A stretch of 60,548 nt of DNA, from IMG/VR virus record IMGVR_UViG_3300017647_000004, positions 1 through 60,548 of that record; one strand, 5' to 3'. Made by a program: the position numbers and the translations under genes. Origin of the DNA: a virus (lineage: Duplodnaviria > Caudoviricetes). Shown piece by piece: positions 29,819 to 39,308 of this stretch. How positions within the stretch are numbered: the stretch's first letter is position 1; every line of letters begins with the position of its first letter. The notes beneath the pieces are model-generated. The model saw only the letters and a program-made list of their open reading frames with translations. It made no database searches and was not told the DNA's origin.

Positions 29819-31252
29819 ATGCTCATGCAAAGAAAAACCCCCGCTGGCGGGCGGGGGCTTAAGGGGTTTGGCTCTGGGAAGGGCCTGAAGCACTGGGTGA
29901 CCAACGCAACAGGAACAATTGTAGATGAATACCTCGATCTCTACCAGTCCAATTTCACAGCATTTGAAGTCATAGTGCTACGGTTTGTTAAGTCCCGGAC
30001 ATTACGCTGGGGCAAGGAAGCCGAACGCATCCCCTTTCGACACTTCACCGATGGGGTCGTGACCGACGACGGCGCGCGCATTTGCAGCGGCCTTCCCATG
30101 TCGCCGTCCACGATCCGCAAGGCGCTGTACTCCCTGATCGACAAAGGTTGGATCATCCGCCGCGCGGCCGAACGCCACGATGGCGGCGACGACGCGCACG
30201 AGTACGGCCTGAATATGGACCGTTTCAAGGAGATCGACAACATCGAAGAGGTCGAGGACCGCGCCATCAAGTCGGCGGCGGCTATCCAGGCGAGCGGAAT
30301 CACCCTCGTCGAGTACCTGAATCTCGCTCCGCGCACGGCAAAAGCACACGCCATTGCCGTGGATAAGCAGATCGCCACCCTTCTGAACTACCGATCCGTC
30401 AGCGAATTGGAGCCGGAAATGCACCTGAAATTGCCCAAAAACCCCCGCGCTACCCGGGTATGCGTGGCAGAGAGGGGGGACTATGCCACGCATAGACCAA
30501 ATAACAGATACTCCGTATCTGTAGTAGAAAAGGAAGAAAAGAAAGCTGACGCTTTCTCTTCGACCGCTGCGCGGCCGAGGGCCAGAGTCAACCGGCAAAT
30601 TGAAATTGATTGCAAAACAGAATCCGCCCTACAGACGGTTGAGCGGGTCACCGCTCGCTCTCGCACGCAGCGGGCGGAGAGGGCGGGCAGCGCCAAGGTC
30701 TCCACGCTATCCAAGGCCCAGCTACAAGCGATCCTGGATCGCCTGATCCTCGACGAACAAGTGGACATTCCCCGCACCCTGGTGACCGACAAGTCGTATG
30801 GGCTGATGAAGAAGCGAGCCAAGGAGCATCAGGTCGAAGACCTGCGCGGCTTCCTCAGCTTTGTCGTCATGCACTGGGCGGACCTCGCACACCGCTACAA
30901 CTTCGGCCTGCGCCAAGCCCGCAAGGCGGGCACCACGGTCCACGCCGACGACATGCTGCCGAACCCCGACGCCTGGACCATCGCGTTGAAGTTCTCCTGG
31001 TTTGCGCGGCACTACTCCGCCTACAAGGTCGGTGCTTACGAAGACCTGGGCAAAAAGATTGCCGATGAGAAGGTCTCTGCGCTACAACGCGAAGTAGATC
31101 GCCTCGACCGCTCGAACAAGCATCTGCGCCAAGAGCGCAATCGCATGTTCGGGATCGCGCAGCGCACCGCCCAGGAAGTAGCGAAGACGCGGCGCGCGGG
31201 CCGTTCGATCCTGGGGGAGGACACCCGTTTCCAGACTGATGACGAAGAATAG
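29819..31252 (+). CDS. Replication initiator-like protein (lambda O-like N-terminal wHTH)
   Basis: SRTLRWGKEAERI..HF..G and MSPSTIRKALYSLIDKGWI; upstream of loader/DnaB genes; GGAGG RBS. Confidence 0.55.
   Translation: MLMQRKTPAGGRGLKGFGSGKGLKHWVTNATGTIVDEYLDLYQSNFTAFEVIVLRFVKSRTLRWGKEAERIPFRHFTDGVVTDDGARICSGLPMSPSTIRKALYSLIDKGWIIRRAAERHDGGDDAHEYGLNMDRFKEIDNIEEVEDRAIKSAAAIQASGITLVEYLNLAPRTAKAHAIAVDKQIATLLNYRSVSELEPEMHLKLPKNPRATRVCVAERGDYATHRPNNRYSVSVVEKEEKKADAFSSTAARPRARVNRQIEIDCKTESALQTVERVTARSRTQRAERAGSAKVSTLSKAQLQAILDRLILDEQVDIPRTLVTDKSYGLMKKRAKEHQVEDLRGFLSFVVMHWADLAHRYNFGLRQARKAGTTVHADDMLPNPDAWTIALKFSWFARHYSAYKVGAYEDLGKKIADEKVSALQREVDRLDRSNKHLRQERNRMFGIAQRTAQEVAKTRRAGRSILGEDTRFQTDDEE
30601..30614 (-). 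repeat. 14-bp dispersed motif copy (in initiator gene)
   Basis: TGAAATTGATTGCA on + strand. Confidence 0.9.
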
Positions 31253-31257
31253 GGCAT

Positions 31258-31863
31258 ATGACGACTATCAACGTGGGAAAGTCGAACGCGAAGATCGCGG
31301 CCGACGAACAAAAGCTGAGGGAGGCCGGCGTACCGGCCACGGTTTGGTACGACCGGGAGTCGATGACGAATGCGGGGCTGGGGCATTTGCGAGATGAACT
31401 GCCGTCTCTGTTGGAGATGGATGAAACGCTGATCTACATCACGGGCGGCACCGAGCACGAACGCACGGTCGCATGCGCGGCGTTGAGCAAGGCCCTGGTT
31501 CTGCGCGGCGCTTCGTTGCGGTTCTCGTTCCTGGGGTCTGCCGCCCGCACGCTGGAGATGTACCATGGCGGCGCGTTCATGGATGCGGATGGGGAAATCT
31601 CCAGGTTTGTCCGCCACACGCAGCGCGGATATCTGGCGATCCCCGACCTGTTCGATCCGCTCTTCGGCGCGCTGTCGCGTCAGCAGGCCATCGACATGAC
31701 GCTGTTCTTGCGCCGGCATCTCTACGAGCAGGGGAACTACATTGCCAGCGGCGCGGGGCCGCTCCAGAAAATCGCCGATGCATCCGAGATGCCCTCCGGT
31801 CTGGTGGACTGCCTGATTCGCAAGGCCAAGATCGTCAACCTCCAGAAAAAGGCGAAAGCATGA
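31258..31863 (+). CDS. Degenerate DnaC/IstB-like helicase loader candidate
   Basis: Position between initiator and DnaB; LIYITGG and YLAIPD at Walker A/B-like positions but no canonical GKT. Confidence 0.4.
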   Translation: MTTINVGKSNAKIAADEQKLREAGVPATVWYDRESMTNAGLGHLRDELPSLLEMDETLIYITGGTEHERTVACAALSKALVLRGASLRFSFLGSAARTLEMYHGGAFMDADGEISRFVRHTQRGYLAIPDLFDPLFGALSRQQAIDMTLFLRRHLYEQGNYIASGAGPLQKIADASEMPSGLVDCLIRKAKIVNLQKKAKA

Positions 31864-33116
31864 GCGAGGGTCTGAAACTCATAGCGGCCTGCATCAACGA
31901 GAACAAGCCGGGCATCCTGCTGAAGCTCGACGGGCAGGTACTGATCGACGGGCCGGAGGTTGAGGCCCATCGCTACGCCATCCGCCACTATCGTGAGTTC
32001 GGGTCGCTACCGCAGGCGGCCACGATCCGCGAGAACACCGGGGTCAACATCGGCAACGCGCGGGAGACGGCCGAATACTACGAGGCGAACTGCTACAACC
32101 GATTCGCCAACGCTCAGGCCAAGGAGGTCTTCCCGAACCTCCGGTCTGCCCTGGAGGAAACCACCAGCGAGGCCATAGAGCGGGCCGCCCAGGCGGCCTA
32201 CGACATGCTCCAGGCCCTGCGAGCCGGGCGGCCAGTCAACCGCGTCTACAACGCCCAGCAACTGGGCCAGCGGGTTGTCAACCGGCTTCGGGCTTCCGCC
32301 CTCGCTACCCGGGAGTTGACGGGCCTGACCAGCGGCTGGCCCGAGTTCGATACGATCACCGATGGCTACCAGAACGCCGACCTCGTTTTCTGGGTCGCCC
32401 GTCCAGGCATGGGCAAGACATGGTTCCTGCTGTGGCAGGTCTGGTCTGCCATCATGGCGGGCCACCGCATCCTGGTCGGCACAACCGAGATGAACGAAGA
32501 GCAGATCGCGCGCCGGCTGGCTGCAATCGCCACCGGCATCAACCCTCAGATACTGAAGTCCGGGCGGGTCAGTACCTACGACCAGCGCCGCATTACCGAG
32601 ATGTTCGAGGAACTGTCTCGCGCTATGCTCATCCACGTCATCAGCCTCGGCTTCAATTCGCAGGTCTCCGAGATTGACGCAGCATGCGAGGACATGCGGC
32701 CGGACGGCATCTACCTCGACGGCATCTACCTGCTGAAGCCCTCGGTCAAGGGAAACATGAGCCGCACCGAGAAAGTCGCCTACGTCGCGGACGAACTCAA
32801 GATGATCGCGCTGTCGCGCAACCTGCCCGTGGTCTGCACCACGCAGTTCAACCGGATGGCGGGCAAAGGCGGCAAAGATGGCTCGCTGGAAACGGTCGGT
32901 ATGTCCGACGCACTGGTCCAGAACGGCTCGCTGGTCATCCGTCTCGGCCCGGGCAACACCATCGAGCCGGCGCGCAGCCGGGAGGTCTTTTTCATGAAAG
33001 GCCGGGAGGGTGAAGAAGGCACCCTGAACTTCCATTTTCGCTTTGCCCCTTTGAACTTCTCCGCGATACCCGAGGACGAGGTTCTGGGCGACAACAATGA
33101 GGGCCTGGGAGAATGA
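31860..33116 (+). CDS. DnaB-like replicative helicase
   Basis: GLTSGW..FD, ARPGMGKT, TTEM, IYLDGIYL, TQFNR. Confidence 0.88.
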   Translation: MSEGLKLIAACINENKPGILLKLDGQVLIDGPEVEAHRYAIRHYREFGSLPQAATIRENTGVNIGNARETAEYYEANCYNRFANAQAKEVFPNLRSALEETTSEAIERAAQAAYDMLQALRAGRPVNRVYNAQQLGQRVVNRLRASALATRELTGLTSGWPEFDTITDGYQNADLVFWVARPGMGKTWFLLWQVWSAIMAGHRILVGTTEMNEEQIARRLAAIATGINPQILKSGRVSTYDQRRITEMFEELSRAMLIHVISLGFNSQVSEIDAACEDMRPDGIYLDGIYLLKPSVKGNMSRTEKVAYVADELKMIALSRNLPVVCTTQFNRMAGKGGKDGSLETVGMSDALVQNGSLVIRLGPGNTIEPARSREVFFMKGREGEEGTLNFHFRFAPLNFSAIPEDEVLGDNNEGLGE

Positions 33117-33358
33117 ACGCCAAGGACATGAACACCGATCCGTACAAGATCAACGAAATTGATTTTCTGGATGCGCAGTGGATGCGCGACCACAAGTTCA
33201 ATCCGCTGTCTGTCAAAGCTGCACGACAGGCACGCGCGGTCGTCGTTGCGCGGGAGATGATCGACAGGGCCTACATCGAACTTGACAACGCCCTGGTCGA
33301 ACTCAGCAATACCTGCGCCCAGGTCAAAGAGAAACGGGAGGCCGGCAATGGCGTTTGA
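33113..33358 (+). CDS. Hypothetical protein
   Basis: ATGA overlap with helicase stop; GGAG RBS. Confidence 0.6.
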   Translation: MNAKDMNTDPYKINEIDFLDAQWMRDHKFNPLSVKAARQARAVVVAREMIDRAYIELDNALVELSNTCAQVKEKREAGNGV

Positions 33359-36257
33359 TCCTGAACTCTGCAAGGGTTGCCCTATCGAGGGGGAGCACAG
33401 GCCCTGGGAGCCGGACTACATCGACGAAGCGCGCTTCATGGTCGTGGTCGATCCAATCTCGAAACCCGGCGTCAAGGAAGACCGGGCGATGCCTCCTGCT
33501 ACGCACAAGATGTTCCTCAAGCACATGAAGACCGAGGGTTTCGAGGACGACGATTTCAACTACCACCCCATCTGCCTCTGCCCGTATGACCAGAACGAGT
33601 ACACCAACAAAGAGAAGAAGACCATCCACAAGCATTGCCGCCAGCACATGGTGAACGCGATCAAGGAGTACAAGCCAGACGCGATCATCTCCCTGGGCGC
33701 GGAGCCTACATCGCAGGTTGTCGGGCGGTCGGTCAAGATCACCAAGGTGCGGGGCTTGGGCCAGCAGACGGACGAATTCCGTCAGATGCTCATGCCCATG
33801 TTGCATCCCGGCCAAGCAGTACGCTACCCCGAGAACGAGCCGTTCCTGGCTTCTGATGCCGCTGCGCTGGGCCGGCTGGTCGCCGCTGGCTTCGATGCCC
33901 GCAAGGCGGGCGATGTCCGGGCGGGAGACTATAAAGTCGTCACCGATCTCCAGTTCCTGATCGACATGAAGCCCGAGTTGCTGGCGTTCGACACGGAGAC
34001 CACCGGCCTGAGTTGGTTCCGGGGCGGCGTAGACGTTCGCGGCTACAAGCGCGCTCTGCACGAAGGCAAGTCGTTCTTCAAACCCAAGTTCCAAATCCTC
34101 TGCATGTCGTTCACCGTGGACGAGAACACGTCGTATGTCTTGCCCTGGGACATGCCCGGCCACTCGATACCCGAGAAGGACAGGCCCAAGCTGCGCAATC
34201 AACTGCGCAAGTTGCTTTGCCGCGAGGAAACGCTGGTCGTCGGGCACAACCTGAAGTTCGACAACGTGGCTCTCTGGATGACGGAGGGTATTCGTTTCCG
34301 AATCGGCGGCGATTCCCTGATGTTGGCGGCCGTCTACGACGAAAACGCGATGAACAAGGACTTGGCCTCGATGGTCAAGATTCACTGCCCCGAGATGGCT
34401 GCATACTCGGACTGGTTCGACGCGAAGTACAACAAGGAGCGCATGTGGGAGGTTCCTTGGAACGACATGATCCCGTACGTCGGCGGGGACACCATCGCAG
34501 CCTACCGCTTGTACCTCACCCTTGAAAGGAAGGTCATGGAAGACGACGGCGACTGGAACCACTATTGCCGGGTTTCGATCCCTGGCCTGAATGCGTTCTC
34601 GGCCATCGAGACGCGAGGTATGTTCGTTGACGACGAACGAGCGCTGCCCGAGTTCCAGCAGTTCCTGAGCCAGAAGGTGGAAGAGCAGCGGCAGTCTCTG
34701 CTGGCCCAGGTTCCCCGCGAGATCAAGCGCCAGCACGTCGCAGACCCGCGATTCAAGAACGACCCGGCCGCAGCGCTGGCGTTCTCGCGCCAGGACTTCT
34801 TGCGCGACATCCTCTTCACCCATCCCAAGGGATTCCGTCTGAAGCCTGTCGTCTGGACCAAGACTACGGCCAACTTGCCGGAGCGCATGCGCGTTGCCAG
34901 CACGTCGAGCAAGGACCATCTGCCCTACTTCTTCGATGAGTGCCCATTCACGATGGAGTTGGCGGAATACGTCAAGAACGAACGGCTGCTGTCCACCAAT
35001 ATCATCGGCTTCCGCAACAAGTACGTAGTCGATGGTAAGGTCCGGCCGAACTACTCGCTGTCGAAGACCGTCACACGTCGCACGTCCTCGGATAACCCGA
35101 ACGGACAGAACTTCCCGAAGCGCGGCCAGATGGCGATGACCTACCGTAAGATGTTCGTCGCGCCCCCGGGCTATTACGTCCTGGAAGTAGACTTGTCGCA
35201 GGCCGAACTGCGCATCGCTGGCGACATGGCGGGCGACCCCACGATCATCAAAATCTACCAGACGGGCGGGGACATCCACATCACCACCGCATGCGTCGTT
35301 CTGGGCGTCTCCGAGGCCCAGTTCAAGCAGATGCCGAAGGACAAGCAGAAGGAATGGCGGACCAAGGCCAAGGCCATCAACTTCGGATTCATTTATGGCA
35401 TGGGTTGGCGCAAGTTCATTGGCTACGCCAAGACGCAATACGGAGTGGAGTTCACCGAGAACGAGTCGAAGCGCATCCGCGCGGCGTTTTTCAAGAAGTA
35501 CAGCCGCCTACCGCTGTGGCACGAGAGGATGCGCGCCCTGGCCGCCAAGAACAAGTATGTCCGGTCGTACTCGGGTCTGCGCCGCCATCTGCCGATGATC
35601 GACTCGCCGGAAGAAGGTATCCAGGCGGAAGCCGGTCGGCAGGCCATCAACAGTCCCGTCCAGGAATTCGGCTCCAGCCTGGGCGTTATGGCGCTCGGCC
35701 GGATGAACGACGAGATCGACCCCCAGTATTTCCAGTTCGTCGGCTTTGTCCACGACGCTATCGTGGCCTACGTCAAATGCGAGTATCTGGACTGGGGCCT
35801 CAAGACGCTGAAGGGCTACATGGAGTCCAACCCGCTCAAGGATTGGTTCGGTCGGACGATGAAGGCACCGATCTTGGCCGAGGCCGGTTTCGGACTCAAC
35901 CTGGGCGAGATATACGAACTGCCTGATTTCTCTCTGGATCGCCCCTACGACTTCGCCAACTCCGAGCACCTGAAGGACAAGGAGGGCAAGATGCTGATCG
36001 CCGTTCCGGCGCAGAAGCGTCCACCCAACGACGGCCGCATCCTGCGCAGCCCATACACGCTGCCCACGGACCTGGAGCCGGAGAACGTCGAGGTCGTCGA
36101 GCGTCGCCGTCGCATGGTCCGGGTATCCCCGGCCGTGCCGAAGGCAAAGCAACCGATGCGCCGGGTCGCCCGTACGGCGGATACCGCACCTGCCCGGCCG
36201 TCACGTATTATCAGAAGGACTCGCGTGTCGCAGGACTCGCGGTCTTCCACGCGGTAA
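33348..36257 (+). CDS. Family A DNA polymerase with N-terminal uracil-DNA-glycosylase-like domain and 3'-5' exonuclease
   Basis: CKGCP/IISLGA/MLHPG (UDG-like); AFDTETTG, GHNLKFD (exo); DLSQAELR, RTKAKAINFGFIYG, VHDAI (motifs A,B,C). Confidence 0.92.
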   Translation: MAFDPELCKGCPIEGEHRPWEPDYIDEARFMVVVDPISKPGVKEDRAMPPATHKMFLKHMKTEGFEDDDFNYHPICLCPYDQNEYTNKEKKTIHKHCRQHMVNAIKEYKPDAIISLGAEPTSQVVGRSVKITKVRGLGQQTDEFRQMLMPMLHPGQAVRYPENEPFLASDAAALGRLVAAGFDARKAGDVRAGDYKVVTDLQFLIDMKPELLAFDTETTGLSWFRGGVDVRGYKRALHEGKSFFKPKFQILCMSFTVDENTSYVLPWDMPGHSIPEKDRPKLRNQLRKLLCREETLVVGHNLKFDNVALWMTEGIRFRIGGDSLMLAAVYDENAMNKDLASMVKIHCPEMAAYSDWFDAKYNKERMWEVPWNDMIPYVGGDTIAAYRLYLTLERKVMEDDGDWNHYCRVSIPGLNAFSAIETRGMFVDDERALPEFQQFLSQKVEEQRQSLLAQVPREIKRQHVADPRFKNDPAAALAFSRQDFLRDILFTHPKGFRLKPVVWTKTTANLPERMRVASTSSKDHLPYFFDECPFTMELAEYVKNERLLSTNIIGFRNKYVVDGKVRPNYSLSKTVTRRTSSDNPNGQNFPKRGQMAMTYRKMFVAPPGYYVLEVDLSQAELRIAGDMAGDPTIIKIYQTGGDIHITTACVVLGVSEAQFKQMPKDKQKEWRTKAKAINFGFIYGMGWRKFIGYAKTQYGVEFTENESKRIRAAFFKKYSRLPLWHERMRALAAKNKYVRSYSGLRRHLPMIDSPEEGIQAEAGRQAINSPVQEFGSSLGVMALGRMNDEIDPQYFQFVGFVHDAIVAYVKCEYLDWGLKTLKGYMESNPLKDWFGRTMKAPILAEAGFGLNLGEIYELPDFSLDRPYDFANSEHLKDKEGKMLIAVPAQKRPPNDGRILRSPYTLPTDLEPENVEVVERRRRMVRVSPAVPKAKQPMRRVARTADTAPARPSRIIRRTRVSQDSRSSTR

Positions 36258-36285
36258 ATTATGACTACCCACACTGGAGATACCC

Positions 36286-36825
36286 ATGCCTGTCCAACAC
36301 GCCACGGCGGCCCGCCGTATCACTACCCTGCGGCGCACCGCCGCCGCGAAGCCGGCCGCAGCCGAGGCATCGACCCGCGTTGTTCGGCGCACCCGCGCAG
36401 CCTCCCCGGCCTCCCCGTCCGATGAGGCTATTGCGGAGATCGGGAACCGTTTGCAATTGATTGCAGATGTCGATGCGGAACTGCGCGAGGCGACAACTCG
36501 CCGTGAGATTCTGGTCGCGGAGATCGCCAAGCTGATACACGACGGCAAGATCAGCGGCGAGGTCATCAACCACGGCTACCGGGCGGTTATCGAAGACACG
36601 ATGTCCCGCGCCAGCACGGACATTGATGTCATCGATCTGTTCAACTACCTGAAGAAGATGGGCAAGCAGGACGAGTTCTGGGGGTTGGTGAAGGTCCAGA
36701 TCGGGGAGGTCAAGAAAGTCCTCAGCGACCGGGAATATGCCAAGCTGCCGAAGGAGGAAACCGCCGCCGCGAAGACGGGCAGCAAGATCACCGTCGAGCC
36801 GGTCAAAGTCAAGGGCCGCAAGTAA
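36286..36825 (+). CDS. Hypothetical protein
   Basis: GGAG RBS; Arg/Ala-rich N-terminus then helical region. Confidence 0.65.
   Translation: MPVQHATAARRITTLRRTAAAKPAAAEASTRVVRRTRAASPASPSDEAIAEIGNRLQLIADVDAELREATTRREILVAEIAKLIHDGKISGEVINHGYRAVIEDTMSRASTDIDVIDLFNYLKKMGKQDEFWGLVKVQIGEVKKVLSDREYAKLPKEETAAAKTGSKITVEPVKVKGRK
36452..36465 (-). repeat. 14-bp dispersed motif copy (intragenic)
   Basis: TGCAATTGATTGCA on + strand. Confidence 0.9.
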
Positions 36826-36828
36826 GCT

Positions 36829-38811
36829 ATGGATCGGGATGTCATCAAAGAGGTCGTTCGGGACGTATGGGGTCCGAACTATCCCATGCGCGATGTCGGA
36901 GACTGGGTATCCATGCCCTGCCCGCTGGCGACCTGGAAGCACGAGAAGGGGCACGATAGCTCCCCGTCGTTCGGCATCCACGTCAGCGACAACGATGTCT
37001 CGATCTGCAATTGCCTAGCAGGCGAAACCGAGGTTATCACGCGCGACGGTATACGCCTCGCCAGAGACTTGGCCGGTACTGAACCGGAGTTGTTGATGCC
37101 CGACGGTTCTTGGCAGAGAGCGCCTTTTCGCTCGTTCGGGCGGCAGCGTTTGTACGCTATTGAACTCAAACGCAATGGGGTCAGCAGGACGATATACGCT
37201 ACGGCCAATCATCGTTGGTTTGAAGTCCCCGAAGGCGGGGGCAGGCAACGCGAACGAGTTACCGAAACCCTGCGCCCCAATGCGTATTTGCAGACGACTA
37301 TACCGGCAAGACGCCAAGATTGGACTTTGGACAAAACGGGCGTTTTGCACGGAGTTATGTTCGGTGACGGCACCGCGCGGGGCGCTCATGGGCGAGTGGA
37401 GCTATTCGGAGAAAAGAGACAATTGAGTAGGTATCTGGCGGGAATAGCCACCAACCGGACGGAGTATCCTGACAAGAGCGCACTTAGCGGGCGATTTGGT
37501 TTCATGAAGCTCTCGCCTGAAGCAACTTCGTCGGACCGATATTTGCTAGGCTTTCTCGCCGGCTACCTCGCTACGGATGGTTGCGTGGATGAACGGGGCC
37601 TGACTTGTCTCAACTCTGCGCGGCGGGAAGACCTGGAGTACGTACGAGACATTTGCTTGCGTCTAGGTATTGCCACCTACCCTATCAATCACCAAGTTCG
37701 TCGAGGATTCGGGGCAGAAGATACCCATATCTATCGACTCAATTTCGTACGCTCCAGCCTCTCCCCAGAGTTGTTTATCCGGGACGATCAGCGGGCGCGC
37801 TTCGAGGCGTCTACGAACGACTATGACAGACTGCGTTGGCGGATCGTGTCCGTTACTCCGACAAATCGGCGCGAGGAGGTCTATTGCGCAGAGGTTGAAG
37901 GCCACCACGCTTTCGTATTGGGCGAATTTATAGTGTCAGGAAATTGCTTTACCTGCCACACCAAGAAGCCCTTCCATGCACTGATCCGGGAGTACGCGGA
38001 TTATTCCGGTGAAGACCTGGATAGTCTGGTGCGCGAGATCGAGAAGGAAGAATTCCTGGGGCCTCGAACCTTGAAGGGCTGGGATGCCACCAAGCGGGCG
38101 CGGATGGAAGACATCGCCATGCCCATCGACGAGGGCATCTACATGGACCTGTATCCTCCGGCGTACAATCACCCCTATGTACGTGGGCGGGGCATCTCCG
38201 AAGCTACCGCGCGCCGGCTGGAACTGCTGTATGACCCGGGCGACACCAACAGCGACCGGCAGAAGCGCATCCTGTTCCCTGTACGCGGGCCAGACGGTCT
38301 CCTGTATGGCTTCAGCGGGCGGGCGGTCCACAAGTCCGCAGAACTGAAGGTCCGAGACTACTACGGCCTGAAGAAGGCGCATTGCGTTCTGGGGTCGCAT
38401 CTGGCTGTTCAGGATGCCGGGCGACACGTCTTGGTTGTCGAGGGCCTGTTCGATTACGCCAATGCCTGGGAATGCGGACAGCCCGGCTGCGCAGTCATGC
38501 ACTCCACCATGACGGATTATCAGGCCGCGATCTTCCGAGACATCGGCAAGAAGGTCTACACCTTCTACGACAACGACAAGGCAGGCAAAGACGGTGCTGC
38601 TACCGCGTCCAAGCAACTCTGGCGATACTTGACGGTATTGAATGTCAAATACCCCAGGGTGTGGATCGAAAACCCGAACGAGAAGGGCGGCGGCCATTGG
38701 TTGAAAGACCCAGGCGAGATGCTGCCCGAAGAGTTCGACGAGATGATCGAGAAGTCAACCCTGTACGTTGACGATGAGAAGCCTAGACGCTATATTCGCA
38801 GAACGCGATGA
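36829..38811 (+). CDS. DnaG-like primase (Zn ribbon + TOPRIM) interrupted by an intein
   Basis: CPLATWKH..SPSF..CFTC; RILFPV..GFSGR; VVEGLFD; YDNDKAG; KDPGE. Confidence 0.88.
   Translation: MDRDVIKEVVRDVWGPNYPMRDVGDWVSMPCPLATWKHEKGHDSSPSFGIHVSDNDVSICNCLAGETEVITRDGIRLARDLAGTEPELLMPDGSWQRAPFRSFGRQRLYAIELKRNGVSRTIYATANHRWFEVPEGGGRQRERVTETLRPNAYLQTTIPARRQDWTLDKTGVLHGVMFGDGTARGAHGRVELFGEKRQLSRYLAGIATNRTEYPDKSALSGRFGFMKLSPEATSSDRYLLGFLAGYLATDGCVDERGLTCLNSARREDLEYVRDICLRLGIATYPINHQVRRGFGAEDTHIYRLNFVRSSLSPELFIRDDQRARFEASTNDYDRLRWRIVSVTPTNRREEVYCAEVEGHHAFVLGEFIVSGNCFTCHTKKPFHALIREYADYSGEDLDSLVREIEKEEFLGPRTLKGWDATKRARMEDIAMPIDEGIYMDLYPPAYNHPYVRGRGISEATARRLELLYDPGDTNSDRQKRILFPVRGPDGLLYGFSGRAVHKSAELKVRDYYGLKKAHCVLGSHLAVQDAGRHVLVVEGLFDYANAWECGQPGCAVMHSTMTDYQAAIFRDIGKKVYTFYDNDKAGKDGAATASKQLWRYLTVLNVKYPRVWIENPNEKGGGHWLKDPGEMLPEEFDEMIEKSTLYVDDEKPRRYIRRTR
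37012..37944 (+). mobile_element. Intein with LAGLIDADG homing endonuclease (311 aa)
   Basis: Starts CLAGETEV, block B ATANHRW, LHGVMFGDG and FLAGYLATDG, ends VYC..V...H.F...IVSGN/C; visibly more AT-rich codons than flanks. Confidence 0.9.
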
Positions 38812-39308
38812 CACAAGATCGCAAACGAACGACATCCCGGAGATGTCCTGGAAACCCAGACTTTTTGTTGGATAGATTGATGCCGCTCAAGGATGGCAAA
38901 TGCGTCGTCCTGGCACTGGAAATACCCGCAGTAACAGGCAAAGGAAAAGGTTCGAGAAGGGTTTTGACAATCGCATCTGGGACGCTCTTCGGGTTCGCCC
39001 GAGGCACGGTCCAGGTCTCCGTCTACGGGCGGGGAGCGAACGTCATCAATCCTGCGAACACGAAGGACCGAGGTAAGTTGATCCTGGCTGGAGTTCCAGG
39101 CCATCTTGCCAAGGCGTTGATGGACCGTTTGGTCATCGTTTACATGGAGTCAACTCATGGCAACCGCAAGAACCGCTCGACGCGCTCCGGCGCGGACCGA
39201 AGTGACCGGAACGTCGCAGTATCGCGGCGCGGCCGGACTCAAGAAGATGCAGGAAGAACAGGACCGCGCCGAAGCACGACGCGAAGCCGCAAAGAACCGG
39301 GTACGTGA
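38808..39308 (+). CDS. Hypothetical protein (3' end overlaps next gene)
   Basis: ATGA overlap with primase stop; fills the gap. Confidence 0.45.
   Translation: MTQDRKRTTSRRCPGNPDFLLDRLMPLKDGKCVVLALEIPAVTGKGKGSRRVLTIASGTLFGFARGTVQVSVYGRGANVINPANTKDRGKLILAGVPGHLAKALMDRLVIVYMESTHGNRKNRSTRSGADRSDRNVAVSRRGRTQEDAGRTGPRRSTTRSRKEPGT

Noticed and set aside
34194-34207. Degenerate motif-like CGCAATCAACTGCG in PolA (also CGAAATTGATTTTC at 33154-33167)
   Set aside because: Lack the invariant terminal TG/CA; not counted, though they could be weak sites
37006-37953. Empty intein allele would read TGCAATTGCTTTAC, resembling the motif
   Set aside because: Only 11/14 match and explained by Cys-Asn-Cys-Phe codons
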